The notes under the pieces were generated by a model that saw only the letters and a program-made list of their open reading frames with translations, did no database searches and was not told the origin of the DNA. A stretch of DNA of 64,000 nucleotides. Origin: Octopus sinensis. Lineage: Eukaryota. Each line of letters begins with the position of its first letter. Position 1 is the stretch's first letter. The position numbers were made by a program, and so were the translations under genes. Shown one piece after another: positions 1 through 12,436 of this stretch. The stretch is taken from NCBI RefSeq assembly GCF_006345805.1, contig NC_043014.1, forward strand, positions 16,120,001 to 16,184,000. Reading direction: 5' to 3'.

Positions 1-244
1 GCAACCCCCCCCCCCAAAAAAAAAACAACTTCAACACGAACATTAATACTTACCAAACAACATACATTATATGTGTGTGCGTGTGTTTGTGCACGTGCAT
101 GTAACAAATATATACACACATGCACTCGCGCACACACAAACACAAACACGCACCTTTACACATACACACATACACTGTGTATGTTTTTGTCTATCCATGT
201 ATATGCATGAACGATTGTATGCACGATTCCATGTGTGTGTGTGT

Positions 245-690
245 GTACGTACCTATGTATGGAAGTGTGCGCGCGCGTGAGAGTGTGTGTGTTTGTGTGT
301 TTGTGTGTGTGTATGTGTGTGTGTGTGTACGTACCTATGTATGGAAGTGTGTGCGCGCGTGAGAGTGTGTGTGTTTGTGTGTTTGTGTGTGTGTATGTGT
401 GTGTGTGTGTACGTACCTATGTATGGAAGTGTGTGCGCGCGTGAGAGTGTGTGTTTGTGTGTTTGTGTGTGTGTATGTGTGTGTGTGTACGTACCTATGT
501 ATGGAAGTGTGCGCGCGCGCTGAGAGTGTGTGTGTTTGTGGTGTTTGTTGTGTGGGTAAATGTGTGTGTGTATGTACCTATGTATGGAAGTGTGTGCGCG
601 CGTGAGAGTGTGTGTGTTTGTGTGTTTGTGTGTGTGTATGTGTGTGTGTGTACGTACCTATGTATGGAAGTGTGTGTGCGCGTGTGTATA
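245..690. repeat. ~80-bp minisatellite, 6 copies of core TACCTATGTATGGAAGTGTG embedded in (GT)n
   Basis: Unit starts (GTAC/GTAT upstream of the core) at about 245, 327, 409, 487, 570 and 650; period 78-83 bp; the intervening sequence is near-identical. Confidence 0.9.
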
Positions 691-860
691 AGTCGACTTG
701 GGCGGGATTTGAATTCAGAACACGTAAATAATAATAATAATATTGATAAATTGATATATGCTCACATGTGAAATGACACAACTTGCTATCGTACATATCG
801 TTCGCTAAGTTACCACTCATATATATATATATATAAATATATATGTATGTATGTATGTAT

Positions 861-1010
861 GTGAGCGAGTGGGAGAGTGGAGTGCTTAAGCAAGTGAGTT
901 AAGACCAGCATAAACAAGCCACATTATATAAATATATATATATACAATGTGGCTTGTTTATGCTGGTCTTAACTCGTTTGCTCGTTCACTCCACTCTCCC
1001 ACTCACTCAC
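861..1010. repeat. Inverted repeat, 65-bp arms around a 20-bp TA-rich spacer
   Basis: 861-925 is the reverse complement of 946-1010 at 58/65 positions (hand alignment). Confidence 0.9.
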
Positions 1011-1140
1011 TCACTCCTCTGCACACTGCTCCCTTTCCCCACTCACTCACTCACTCCTCTGCACACTGCTCCCTTTCCCCACTCACTCACTCACTCCTCT
1101 GCGCACTGCTCCCTTTCCCCACTCACTCACTCACTCACTC
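998..1140. repeat. 40-bp tandem repeat (~3.5 copies)
   Basis: ACTCACTCACTCACTCCTCTGCACACTGCTCCCTTTCCCC starts at 1001, 1041 and 1081, with a partial copy at 1121. Confidence 0.9.
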
Positions 1141-1284
1141 GCTCACTTACCCATCTCGCTCTATTTCCTCGTGTTTATGTGTATCTTTGTAATTCTTCCC
1201 CTCTTTTGCACTTGTGTATCTTTCTACCCACCTTTCTTGTCTGCGTCAATATACGCCTGTGTTTCTCCCACTTCTGCCTCACCG

Positions 1285-1351
<67 letters not shown>

Positions 1352-1878
1352 TTTGTTTGTTTGTTTGTGTGTGTATGCTGTATGTGTAAGCTGTGTGTGT
1401 GTTTGCAAAACAACGTTACTCGAGTTTATCGTGACTTCAGGCAGATTTTTAGCACGCTGGACAAAATGATTAACGGCCTTTCGTACGTCTTTACGTTCTG
1501 GGTTCAAATTACTCCAAGGTCCACTTCGCTTTTCCTTCTTTCGGGGCCTATGACATATATAACAGCTGAGGACTGGGTCAATGTAATAGACTCGTTCCCA
1601 ACTTGAAAAAACTTTGGGGTTTACGTTCTGAGTAAAAAAATAAAATTGTTATTCGTTTCTTTTTTCCTAGTTTTCTTTTTCTATTTAATTATTATTATTT
1701 TTTTTTGCTGCGTGTTTTTTTTATGGTTTGTTAATATTAATCTTTATTTGTTTTTATCTTATAACGAGGGCCATATTAAGACCCATAGAAGCCCTAAGCA
1801 CTTAAAAGATTTTGATGTCCCCATAAAAATGTAATACAAAATATAGACAATAACAAACCATAAAATAAATTTTTATAT

Positions 1879-2255
1879 ACTCTTTTACTTGTTTCAGTCA
1901 TTTGACTGTGGCCATGCTGGAGCACCGCCTTTAGTCGAGCAAATCGACCCCAGTACTTATTCTTTATAAGCCTAGTACTTATTCTATCGGTCTCTTTTGC
2001 CGAACCGCTAAGTTTCGGGGACGTAAACACACCAGCATTGGTTGTCAAGCGATGTTGGGGTAGACAAACACAGACACACACATACACATAAATGACGGGC
2101 TTCTTTCAGTTTCCGTCTACCAAATCCACTCAAAAGGCTTTGGTCGGCCTGAAGCTATAGTAGAAGACACTTGTCCAAGGTGCTACGCAGTGTGACTGAA
2201 CCCGGAGTCATGTGGTTCGTAAGCAAGCTACTTACCACACAGCCACTCCTACGCC
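1879..2255 (-). mobile_element. tRNA-derived SINE family A (most abundant family here), full length
   Basis: Minus-strand head GGCGTAGGAGTGGCTGTGTGGTAAGTAGCTTGCTT with A/B-box-like motifs; tail GGTGCTCCAGCATGGCCACAGTCAAATGACTGAAACAAGTAAAAGAGT; homologous to more than 10 other copies in the window. Confidence 0.9.
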
Positions 2256-2709
2256 TATGTGTGTATGTTTGTTCACTTCCACTTTATTTGTATTTTTTAA
2301 TGTAAAATATTTGATTATTTCCTTACTATGACACCGTGAACTCTTCGAAATTATATTTCCGATCACATAAATCACTTCGAATATTATTTTAGCAAGTTTC
2401 AAGTGATTTTTTGTGTGCCGTAAACCATTTACCATTTCTGTGACCTCCCACCTCCCTTGATGCCCTAAGCACGTGCTTATTTTGCTTAATGGTTATTCCA
2501 GTGCTGTTTATAATCTCCTATCCCTCTTGCCTTTATTGCTCTGTCGCGTCATGAGCAAAATGAAGTTGGCGAGTCGTTGGTTGTTGTTGTCGTTGTTGTT
2601 GTTGTTGTTATTGTTCATTTTAATCCCCAGGTCAGCCCTGACAGAGCAGACTTATGATCAAATCTGTGACTACCCTATCATGTTTTTCAAGATATAGCGT
2701 AGTGCCTAA

Positions 2710-2891
2710 GTGGAGGCGCGTGGCTTAGTGGTTAGGGTGTTGGACTCACGATCGTAAGATTGTGGTTTCGATTTCTGGACCGGGCGATGCGTTGTGTTCT
2801 TGAGCAAAACACTTCATTTCACGTTTCTTCAGTCTCCTCAGCTGGCAAAAATGAGTAATCCTGCGACGAGCCGTCTGGGATGGGTGGGGGA
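2710..2891 (+). mobile_element. tRNA(Arg)-like-headed SINE with CORE-like domain (family C), 3'-truncated
   Basis: GTGGAGGCGCGTGGCTTAGTGGTTAGGGTGTTGGACTCACGATC head; GTGTTCTTGAGCAAAACACTTCATTTCACG...CAGCTGGCAAAAATGAGT resembles the CORE-SINE domain (recalled). Confidence 0.75.
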
Positions 2892-3430
2892 GTATTTCCA
2901 CCACAAGATCCAGGAACTTCATCTGTTTTTTTTTTTAAACCCGTATTATCTAAATTTACATCATCTTGCTATCTTCTACTTACATTTCTCCCTCAAACTT
3001 TTGGGCGATAGGGTAAAGAAGATTTGGCATTTATTTATAATACGTCGATTTGTCTGTTTTGAAGCTCTTCGTACTGTCCCGATTGTTGATTGTTTATTGG
3101 CTGCTTGTTGTTATTTTTGTTGTTGTTATTGTTGTTGTGGATGATGACTCATTTGATTTTGCTGTGGATGTTGCTTTTGTTGTTATTGCTGCTAAATTTA
3201 CCCTGTTCTTGTTTTGATGAGTTAGTTGTTCTAGAAAAACCTGTCATGTGTTTATAACAACAGACATCATATGCATGTTATTAGCGATATTTGAAAAACC
3301 AAAACAGTTATACTGTCTTCTCTACAAACTTTAAAATATATTCTTGCTCACGAAAAAAAAAAAAATAATAATAAAAGAAGATCCAACCCGAAATCCTTTA
3401 AAAGTTATCATCATACTATTTTAACTATAT

Positions 3431-3748
3431 GTGGAGGCGCAATGGCCCAGTGGTTAGGGAAGCGGACTTGCGGTCGGAGGATCACGGTTTCGATTCCCAG
3501 ACCGGGCGTTGTGTGTGTTTATTGAGCGAAAACACCTAAAGCTCCACGCGGCTCCGGCAGGGGGTGGGGGCGACTCCTGTTGTACTCTTTCGCCCCAACT
3601 TTCTCTCACTCTTTCTTCCTGTTTCTTGAGTAACGCTGCGATAGACTGGCGTCCCGTCCATCTGGGGGCAACACATACGCCATAGAAACCAGGAAACCGG
3701 GTCCATGAGTCTAGCTAGGCTTGAAAAGGGCGCATAAATAAAAATAAA
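3431..3748 (+). mobile_element. tRNA(Arg-TCG)-like SINE family B, full length with TSD
   Basis: Head GTGGAGGCGCAATGGCCCAGTGGTTAGG; ends GGGCGCATAAATAAAATAAA; ATTTTAACTA at 3418-3427 and 3749-3758; homologous to 30154 and 61525. Confidence 0.9.
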
Positions 3749-3835
3749 ATTTTAACTAAAATGGGTTAGCAAAACCCCGACTCCTCACCCTGGTTTTAAC
3801 AAAATATTATTATCATCGCTTCAAAAATGTTCATC

Positions 3836-4072
3836 AAGCCAAGCTCTTTTTTTTTTTTTCAATATTATTTTCATTGGAAGACAAAGGAAAAGTCAACCCC
3901 AGCGTGATTCGAACTCAGAAATTCTATTTACATTCTAGGTTCTGTGGCTCATAAGCCAAGCTCTTTTTTTTTTTTTCAATATTATTTTCATTGGAAAACA
4001 AAGGAAAAGTCAACCCCAGCGTGATTCGAACTCAGAAATTCTATTTACATTCTAGGTTCTGTGGCTCATAAG
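3836..4072. repeat. 117-bp tandem duplication
   Basis: AAGCCAAGCTC...GTGGCTCATAAG starts at 3836 and 3953; the copies are nearly identical. Confidence 0.9.
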
Positions 4073-4074
4073 AT

Positions 4075-4379
4075 TTGATTGATGGTAGTCTGTTGTCGTC
4101 CGGGAAAGACATTCTTCAATTTCTCGCTGAACAACCTGCACAAATGATTTGTTTATTGTAATCAAATGTCTGCGCTGTACATTAGTTCGCTCCTTCCATC
4201 AAACCGACAATCCCTGAACAGGTGCACGGTGTATCACACGTCAGATGTCGAAGTGATCGCAGATCAACGCGAGATGAATTGTTTTGCTGAAGAACACAGC
4301 ACACCACCCAGTGGAATTGAAACCACGATCTACGGATCGTGAGAGCAGCACTCTAACCACTAAGCCACGCGCCCTCGAC
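4075..4379 (-). mobile_element. tRNA-headed SINE (family C head, different 3' tail) with TSD
   Basis: Minus-strand head GTCGAGGGCGCGTGGCTTAGTGGTTAGAGTGCTGCTCTCACGATCC; flanked by GGCTCATAAGAT (4063-4074) and GGTTCATAAGAT (4380-4391). Confidence 0.75.
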
Positions 4380-4654
4380 GGTTCATAAGATAAAGTAGAG
4401 TCAAGTATTGGTGCTAATTAAATCTGCACCAATATTTTATCGTATTGGTAGAATTGCAGGAGTTTGGGACAAAATACCTTGTAGAATTTACCCATTACTT
4501 TTTGAGTTCAAATTCCGCCAAAGTGAACTTTATTTTTCATCATTCAGGTGTCGATAAATCATAGTAACAGCCAAGTACTGGGGGCGAATTAATCGACAGA
4601 CACTTCCTGCCAAAATTCCTGGCTTTGGATTATTATGTTAATTATTATTACTAT

Positions 4655-5630
4655 ACATTAACCAAGACAAGTCGGTGGCTTTCCAACTTGACAACAGGTA
4701 CTTGGGATTAGATTGGGACCAAACTTCAGATAGATATCGGAACCACTCAAAATCATGCGTTCGGTCCGTCAAGGTCGTTCCCCGACATCTCTTCTCTATG
4801 TACTGATTATTAAGCCCCTACTATAGAAACTAGAAAACTTGAGGGGCACCTAGCGCAAACTAGGATACAGAAGAGCTGTGTCGGCATACGCTAACGACGT
4901 CATTGTTATAATGTGAAAACATCAAGCACATCGTGGTAATCAGCACTGTTCTAAGGATCTCCGAGGCGGTGACAGGAACAAAATTCACCCCCCCCATCCA
5001 CCAAAAAGTCAATAGGCCTGCAGCTCGGCACCCAGAGAAAAAGGTCCCAGCAGTGTCGTAGGACTCTGGACGAATGAACTGTTAAATTGCTGGTTTTGTT
5101 CAGATTTTCAGGCGGAGAAGAACTGAAATAAAGTGGCGAACAGGGTGGCCAATCTCACACAGGAATGGGACGAGAGAAAGCTATCCCTGACATGTCAGGC
5201 AAAGATAGTGAACGCTTACATCATCTCCTTAGATTACCGTCTGGTTATTGTGCCATGGGTCTAGTTCACGATTGACCAAGTTGAAACGTCAGCTCTTCCG
5301 TCTTTCCTTTTTGTGGAAGAGGTGCGCTCCACTAGTCAGACTGTCAACATCTGCTGAGTGGAGGACTGGGCGTGTCGTGGTTGATGATGCACATACATGC
5401 GCTGAGGTTGCGACATCTCCAGAAATTTCTTAACGGTGAGCAGATGTAGTCTTCGTTTGTCAGACGGATATTTTCACAACCCATTTTTCTGAGTCCTGCC
5501 TGGGTCAAAAAGATCGGGCGCTTGGTATCTAGAATGTCGTTATGAGCTCATAACCCTATATCAGCCGGTCAGTGTGGTCAATGAAAGTCTCACCATCACG
5601 TTCTATGGAGGGTTAGAAGGAAGGTGAATG
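4655..5630 (+). mobile_element. Degenerate L1/Tx1-type LINE reverse-transcriptase fragment
   Basis: Hand translation gives MRSVRQGRSPTSLLYVLIIKPLL (cf. RSVRQGCPLSPLLY), VSAYANDV (cf. YADD), KSIGLQLG, ERKLSLTCQAKIVNAYI and LFRLSFLWK; many stops and frameshifts. Confidence 0.75.
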
Positions 5631-5724
5631 CACGGAGTTTAAACACACGTAAAGAAAAAGAAAGAAAACTAAAAAAAAAAAAATTGCAGCAAAAAATAAA
5701 CATCAATTTTGAAAGAAAACATAA

Positions 5725-5875
5725 CTGCGTGGCATCTTGGGCAAGTGTCTTCTGCTATAGCCCCGGGCCGACCAATGCCTTGTGAGTGGATTTGGTAGAC
5801 GGAAACTGAAAGAAGCTCGTCGTATATATATATATATATATTATATATATATATATATATTATATATATATATAT

Positions 5876-5952
<77 letters not shown>

Positions 5953-6183
5953 GTGTGTGTGTGTGTTGTTGTTGTCCTCCTAGCATTGCTTGACAACCGA
6001 TGCTGGTGTGTTTACGTCCCCGTCACTTAGCGGTTCGGCAAAAGAGACCGATAGAATAAGTACTGGGCTTACAAATACATACATACAATAAGTCCCGGGG
6101 TCGATTTGCTCGACTAAAGGCGGTGCTCCAGCATGGCCGCAGTCAAATGACTGAAACAAGTAAAAGAGTAAAAGAGTAAAGAG
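5725..6183 (+). mobile_element. SINE family A, 5'-truncated, with internal (TA)n/(GT)n expansion
   Basis: GTGGCATCTTGGGCAAGTGTCTTC...GGTGCTCCAGCATGGCCGCAGTCAAATGACTGAAACAAG followed by a (TAAAAGAG)n tail. Confidence 0.9.
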
Positions 6184-6357
6184 TTACTCCTAGAGATAGA
6201 CGAAAAGAGCAATTTCAACGACACGCAATGCATCAACAATAACACTCTCAATCACATATTTTGTCAACTAGAAAAAGTAGAACACAACAAGCAACAAGCA
6301 AAAATAATTATGAAAACAAAAACAACCCGAATACTATTTTAATTGCAATGCAAAAGA

Positions 6358-6682
6358 TTGGATGGAAGCACTCCGTCGGTTACGACGACGAGGGTTCCGG
6401 TTGATCCGATCAACGGAACAGCCTGCTCGTGAAATTAACGTGTAAGTGGCTGAGCACTCCACAGACATGTGTACCCTTAACGTAGTTCTCGGGGATATTC
6501 AGCGTGACACAGAGAGTGACAAGGCCGGCCCCTTGAAATACAGGTACAACAGAAACAGGAAGTAAGAGTGAGAGAAAGTTGTGGTGAAAGAGTACAGCAG
6601 AGATCACCACCATCCCCTGCCGGAGCCTCGTGGAGCTTTAGGTGTTTTCGCTCAATAAACACTCACAACGCCCGGTCTGGGA
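6358..6682 (-). mobile_element. SINE family F: family-B 5' half joined to a different 3' tail
   Basis: Minus strand shares GGGCGTTGTG..TTTATTGAGCGAAAACACCTAAAGCTCCACGAGGCTCCGGCAGGGG...CAACTTTCTCTCACTCTT with family B, then diverges and ends GTCGTCGTAACCGACGGAGTGCTTCCA. Confidence 0.8.
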
Positions 6683-7265
6683 TGTGCAAAAGATTAATAG
6701 TGGCTACAAACAAAAAGCAAACACTATATATTAACATCCAGTTTGAATATATCGAATGGAAAGGTTATCAACAGCAGCATAATTAGGAATTAAGAAACGC
6801 CATCCTTGGCAAACGTTGTTTTTAACAAGCACTCTCAATGTAGAGCATTTTGTTGAAAGAATGAGAGCCTAGCATATAATGCTTACAAGGCAGCTGCTAG
6901 CCTACCATAATCAAACACAGGCGCATAAGTGGAGGAGGATTTTCTAGGCTCCTCCAAAACCGAAATGAGTTTCTCAACCTTTCGCGAAACTAACAAAATT
7001 CTTTTAAGGCATTTATACGATATACACAATAAATTCCATTTTTTTCACGGACCGTGAAGTAAATGGAATAACATTTTAAAAGCATAAAAGGGACTGGATA
7101 TTTATACACATTAGGAAGTAATTATGTGTCAACGTTGCGGAGAACATGGTTCTACAAGAGTTCTTAAGGAGATTTTTTAATTTCCCGGCTTGATACATCA
7201 CAAGAAGGAAGCAAAATGGAGGCTTAAATTGGAACGTGGAGTACCACGATCAACACAAGTGGATG

Positions 7266-7570
7266 TTAGGAGTGGCTGTGTGGTAAGTAGCTTGCTTGGT
7301 GGGTAAGTAGCTTGCTTACCAACCACATGGTTCTGGGTTCAGTCCCACTGCGTGGGACCTTGGGCAAGTGTCTTCTACTATAGCCTCGGGCCGACTAAAG
7401 CCTTGTGAGTGGATTTGATAGACGGAAACTGAAAGAAGCCCGTCGTGCGGTTCGGCTAGATAGAATAAGTACTAGGCTTGTAAAAAATATGTCCTGGGGT
7501 CGATTTGCTCGACTAAAAGGCGGTGCTCCAGCATGGCTGCAGTCAAATGACTGAAACAAATGAAACAATA
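7266..7570 (+). mobile_element. SINE family A with internal deletion
   Basis: Head and tail are present, but the central microsatellite segment is missing; GTAAGTAGCTTGCTT is duplicated in the head. Confidence 0.85.
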
Positions 7571-7699
7571 AATATCTTCTTGAATTATTGCTTTAAACTT
7601 CTTCATTTATTCCGTGTAAAATTTTGAATTGTAAAACATTTTAATTCGTATCATTGCACTCGTATGTTGTAAACTTCTTAACTGTTTGTTATCTTTTAA

Positions 7700-7866
7700 C
7701 TTTTTACTTGTTCCAGTTATTGGATTACAGCCATACATGGGTACCGCCTTAAAGGGTTTTAGTCAAACAAACCGACCTTAGAACTGGTACTTGTCCTGTC
7801 GGTTTTTTAGCCGAACTGCTAATTTGCAGGGGCATAAACATAACACCAGTCATCAAGCGGTTGGGG

Positions 7867-7954
<88 letters not shown>

Positions 7955-8031
7955 AACAACACACACGCACGCACGCACACACACTCACAACACACAACAC
8001 TCCACACACACGCACCACACACATACACGCA

Positions 8032-8109
<78 letters not shown>

Positions 8110-8255
8110 TTTCGCCTACCAAATTTACTCACAAGGCATTTGTCGGTTAGGGTCTATAGTAGAAGACACTTTCCCAAGGTGCCACGCAGTTAGAGTGAAC
8201 TTGAAACCAATGGGTGCAAAGCGAACTTCTTAATCCCCTCAATCACGACTGCGCC
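7700..8255 (-). mobile_element. Diverged SINE family A variant with long (CA)n expansion
   Basis: Diverged tail at 7700-7860; AGAAGACACTTTCCCAAGGTGCCACGCAG head segment at 8160-8255. Confidence 0.75.
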
Positions 8256-9119
8256 CATATAAGTATAGTCTTTCATCCCTCTTACTCATCTTTTGTATAA
8301 GTTACCCTTCCCACACAACACGTTTTTGTGAAACGATTCTCTATAATTTCTTTCTCTCTTCGCGGCATCGTAGCATCTCCCCCTCGCTAGCCGTTCCTTG
8401 TCGAAAACATTTTAAAGTTTTTGATTTTCCATTATATCTAGAGTTACTTTTACTGTTGTCTTTTCTCACAAATAATTTCTTTTGCTAATGTTCCTGGATG
8501 AGTGTGTGTGTGTGTGTGTGTTTGGTGGGGAAGTGTGTCATACAGTAAAGAATTCATGCGTAGACAAGATATATACATCTGTGTTTGCGCGTGAGTGTCT
8601 CACTCTGTCTCATGTGACAGTCCCTGTTTGTGCATCTGTGTTTGGGGATGGCGTAATGTGAAAGTTGCGGTTACTTATTATTTCTGCAGATATTATGTAA
8701 ATGTGTGTATGCGTGTACATACATAAGGGCTTTGTGGTTAAGAAATTCGCTTTGCAGCTAAGAGGTTTTGAGTTCAGTATTTCCTCCTAAGTTCTATATA
8801 CTCTGAGAACGCATTAAAGCCCTTTTCGGGTCTACTTTATTTGAATTCTTACTATCGGGTAACTAATTTCATGTTATTACATAACTTCCCAATTTGGGTA
8901 TTCATAACTTATTGGGAAATCCTAAAAACAAGATCCTGTGTAAGACAGTACAGTTTGGTATTCTCTATAAATGCACAAAAACCGTTTAAGGGCTACATAC
9001 TTTGTATTGTTGTTATTGGATTAACGAAACAATTGTGAGAAGGGAACCAAGGGATAAGCCCCGCTTTCCCGGGAATTACTGGGTACGTCAGCTAGTATAT
9101 ATATATATGTATATATATG

Positions 9120-9153
<34 letters not shown>

Positions 9154-9516
9154 TGTATGTATGTATGTATGTATGTATGCATGTATGTATGTATGAGTTT
9201 TCGTTGGTAGTTCATTGATAAGACCAATTCTTCCTGGTCTGCAAGAGTGGGTTCTCAAACCGTGACGTTGTGGTGGCATACAATGTATATCACAGTTGGA
9301 GGAATTACCAGTGTTGTGTATGTCAGGTGTCCTGTACTCATATATGCATGTATATATACATATAGATGTAGGTTTGTACATATATGTATGTATGTATGCA
9401 TATGTTTTATTTATTAAATTGTTATTATATGATCGAACGCACGCATCATTTTCTTCTTCTTCTTCTTCTTCTTCTTCTTCTCCTCTCCTCCTTCCCCTTC
9501 TTCTCCAAGGAAGTTT

Positions 9517-9599
<83 letters not shown>

Positions 9600-9601
9600 C
9601 T

Positions 9602-9933
9602 GAGACCCCTTCGGTCATGACTGACCATGGGATTGCAGTTAGAAAGTTTCCCTCCCAGGCACAAGTCCGGGCAAGGTTGTTTATGGAAGACCAGCAGTCG
9701 CCAATGCATACAGCCTCCCCTCTTCACGCCACCGGTGTTATTCATGGGAAAGGCAAAGGCCGATACAGCTTGGCACCAGTGACGTCGCAACTCATTTCTG
9801 CAGCTGACTTAACTGGAGTAACGTGAAATAAAGTGTCTTGATCAAAGACACAACACACAGCCCGGTCCGGGATTCGAACTCACAACCACGCGATCGTAAG
9901 CTTGACGCTCTAACCACTGAGCCATGAAGGCGC
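9602..9933 (-). mobile_element. tRNA(Arg-ACG)-like CORE-type SINE family E, full length
   Basis: Minus-strand head CATGGCTCAGTGGTTAGAGCGTCAAGCTTACGATC...GAGTTCGAATCCCGG; CORE-like CACGTTACTCCAGTTAAGTCAGCTGCAGAAATGAG; tail CATGGTCAGTCATGACCGAAGGGGTCTC; second copy at 54857-55089. Confidence 0.85.
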
Positions 9934-10016
9934 ATGTATATTTATATGTATAAATGTATGTATGTATGTATGTATGTATGTATGTATGTATGTATGTATG
10001 TATGTATGTATGTATG

Positions 10017-10047
<31 letters not shown>

Positions 10048-10689
10048 TTGACTCCGTACAAATGTTGGAAAGCTGGCTTTCACACAATAAGAAAAAAACA
10101 AGCCAAATTAGAATATTTTTAGCATCGGATATTTACAACGCCTTTAATGGTGCTGTAAAACATTCAGTAAGTTTAGTATGTAATAAGTGCATGTATACGT
10201 ATAGAGATATGCAGAGAAATGGAAATCGAAGTGGCGTGATACTCACGAGATAAACATTCAGTTTCAATAAACTATATAATCTACATTATATATATATATA
10301 AGTGAGAGAGCGAGAGAAAGAGTGAGAGTGGGAGAGAGAGAGACAGACGGAGAAAGAGAAAGACAGAGAGAGAGGGAGAGTGGAGAGAAAGAGGGAGAGA
10401 AAGATGGAGATTCAGTAACACACACACATACACATTATTTATATCTGTCCCTCCATTCATATCCACCTACATGCGTACATACGTTACGTACGTATTTATG
10501 AATGAATGTACGTATGTATGTAGGTATGTATGTAGGTATGTATGCATGTATGTATGTATGTATGTATGTATGTATGTATGTATGTATGTATGTATGTATG
10601 TATGTATGTATCTATCTCTCTATGAATTAATGTATATACAATATAGACAACTTCTGTTCTTCTATCTGTTGATTCGTTAGCTACTGCAC

Positions 10690-10872
10690 GCATTTTTTTT
10701 CTCTCCTTCTTTCTGTGTTTTTCTCTCTCTGTGTATCTTTCTGTTGAAGAGCGTAGGCTCGAAACGTTAAAGACTTGTTTTATTTATATTTCCTGAGCGC
10801 CATACTAATACAATTGTTCGTTTGTTTTCCACCTGCCTTCGTCTTTTGTTTATTTTCATAAAGCTTCCCGTT
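10690..10872 (+). mobile_element. Short TA-terminated element carrying a minimal hammerhead-ribozyme-like motif
   Basis: TCTTT-CTGTTGA-A-GAGC(GTAG)GCTC-GAAA-CGTT-AAAGA at 10736-10773; ends in (TA)n. Confidence 0.55.
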
Positions 10873-11269
10873 ATATATATATATACACATATACAAGGAA
10901 AATAAGACACGGTAGAAAATGCTAAAATAATTTAATCACGAAATACATTTTGTAATGGTTAGTACCGGTTTCTCTCTTTCCGACTTTTTCAACTAAGAGT
11001 AAAACAACGATGGATATTAAGATGATAAACAATTAAATTGAAGAAAAAAATTAAATGAAATATTTTGTAAATATTTCCATAGTCTTCAAATAGGTTTTTC
11101 TGTGTGTGTTTCTCTTTTTTCTTTTGTGAAGTTTAGTAAGGTAGGTAGGTAGGTAGGTAGTAGCAGATCTGAAAAAAGTGTGTTTATGGGAGTAGATATA
11201 TTTGGTTCTGAAGGTTTAAGCAGCAGCAACCGAAGAAAGAGAAGGCGAAGAAGAGGGAGGGGGAGAAGA

Positions 11270-11412
11270 AGTAGAAGAAGAAGAAGAAGAAGAAGAAGAA
11301 GAAGAAGAAAAGAAGAAGAAGAAGAAGAGAAGAAGAAGAAGAAGAAGAAGAAGACAAAGAAGAAGAAGAAGAAGAAGAAGAAGAAGAAGAAGAAGAAGAA
11401 GAAGAAGAAGAG
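11270..11412. repeat. (AAG)n microsatellite
   Basis: Direct reading of the sequence. Confidence 0.95.
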
Positions 11413-11439
11413 ACGGAAGTGGTGTCACCTAGTAGTAAA

Positions 11440-11822
11440 GGACGTTTTGGGAATCTGCTTTAACGGTCAAGTGGCTGTTATTCTTCAAGATGAATTTTAG
11501 CTCTTCTATTACGAATACTTTTTCGATGTGCTTTGGGAGTTCATTGGAGTAATTCTCAAGCCAGAATTGGATTGCCTCTATTCCTAGGTTACGGGGGATA
11601 TTAGAGTACAGGTTGACTACATCGAAGGATACTAGTAGGTTTTTTTACTAATTGTTTCAGGGAGGGACTGAGCGTCCTTATGTAGGTTTTGATATGCTTG
11701 AGGAATGGTTTTAAGAGGGTATCTAAAAAGTTGCTGGGGCAGTGAGTTTCGCATGCGGGGCCTGCTGTTATAATTCTTAATTTGAGGTCATTAGGTGGGG
11801 GTACCTTGACTACGAAAAGCAA
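11440..11822 (-). mobile_element. Penelope-like element RT fragment (pseudogene)
   Basis: KLRIITAGPACETHCPSNFLDTLLKPFLKHIKTYIR followed, in another frame, by LLVSFDVVNLYSNIPRNLGIEAIQFWL; these are PLE RT motifs. Confidence 0.85.
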
Positions 11823-12436
11823 AAAAGTTTTTTAAAAAATCCAACACAATGTGTAATATGCAACACAGGCAGTGAACAAAAATAAAATAGAACATAGTGG
11901 TAAAAATAATCGCAGGCAGGAAGTAAAAACATTCACACGGAAGCCAAAAAACACAGCCAAGCTAAAGACATACCGAATGATCCACACATGGTTGAAAAAT
12001 ACATTTAGTAGAGATAACCTGGAAGTTGTTTTTATTCGATTACTATAGCAAACAGAAGTAAGTTTCTTCAGCCGAATAAAAGTCGTTGATTGGTTAAAAT
12101 TATACAAATACGACAACTTTAACACGAAATAACTTCTAAAATACGAGATTTTGTCAAAAATGTTGGAAGTAAACCGTGTTCAGCGTGAGAAATTACATCA
12201 GTTTACGAAGTCTGAAACTGTTTAGTTAAAAAAATAATTGTAAAATCTGTGAGTCAAACTGAAGAGATTCGTCCCAACTATTTGAAGACTATGGAAATAT
12301 TTACAAAATATTTAATTTAATTTTTTTCTTCAATTTAATTGTTTTTCTTCTTAATTAATATCTACCCTTGTTTTACTCTTAATTGAAAAAGTCGAAAACA
12401 AAGAAACCGGTACTAATTATTACAAAATGTATTTCA

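Noticed and set aside
245-690. Regularly spaced ~20-bp repeat resembling a CRISPR array
   Set aside because: The spacers are near-identical GT-rich sequence rather than unique; the context is eukaryotic and there are no cas genes.
9040-9100. Short TA-adjacent sequence reading TACTAGCTGACGTACCC on the minus strand, reminiscent of Helentron-like ends
   Set aside because: Too short, single occurrence, and no matching other end.
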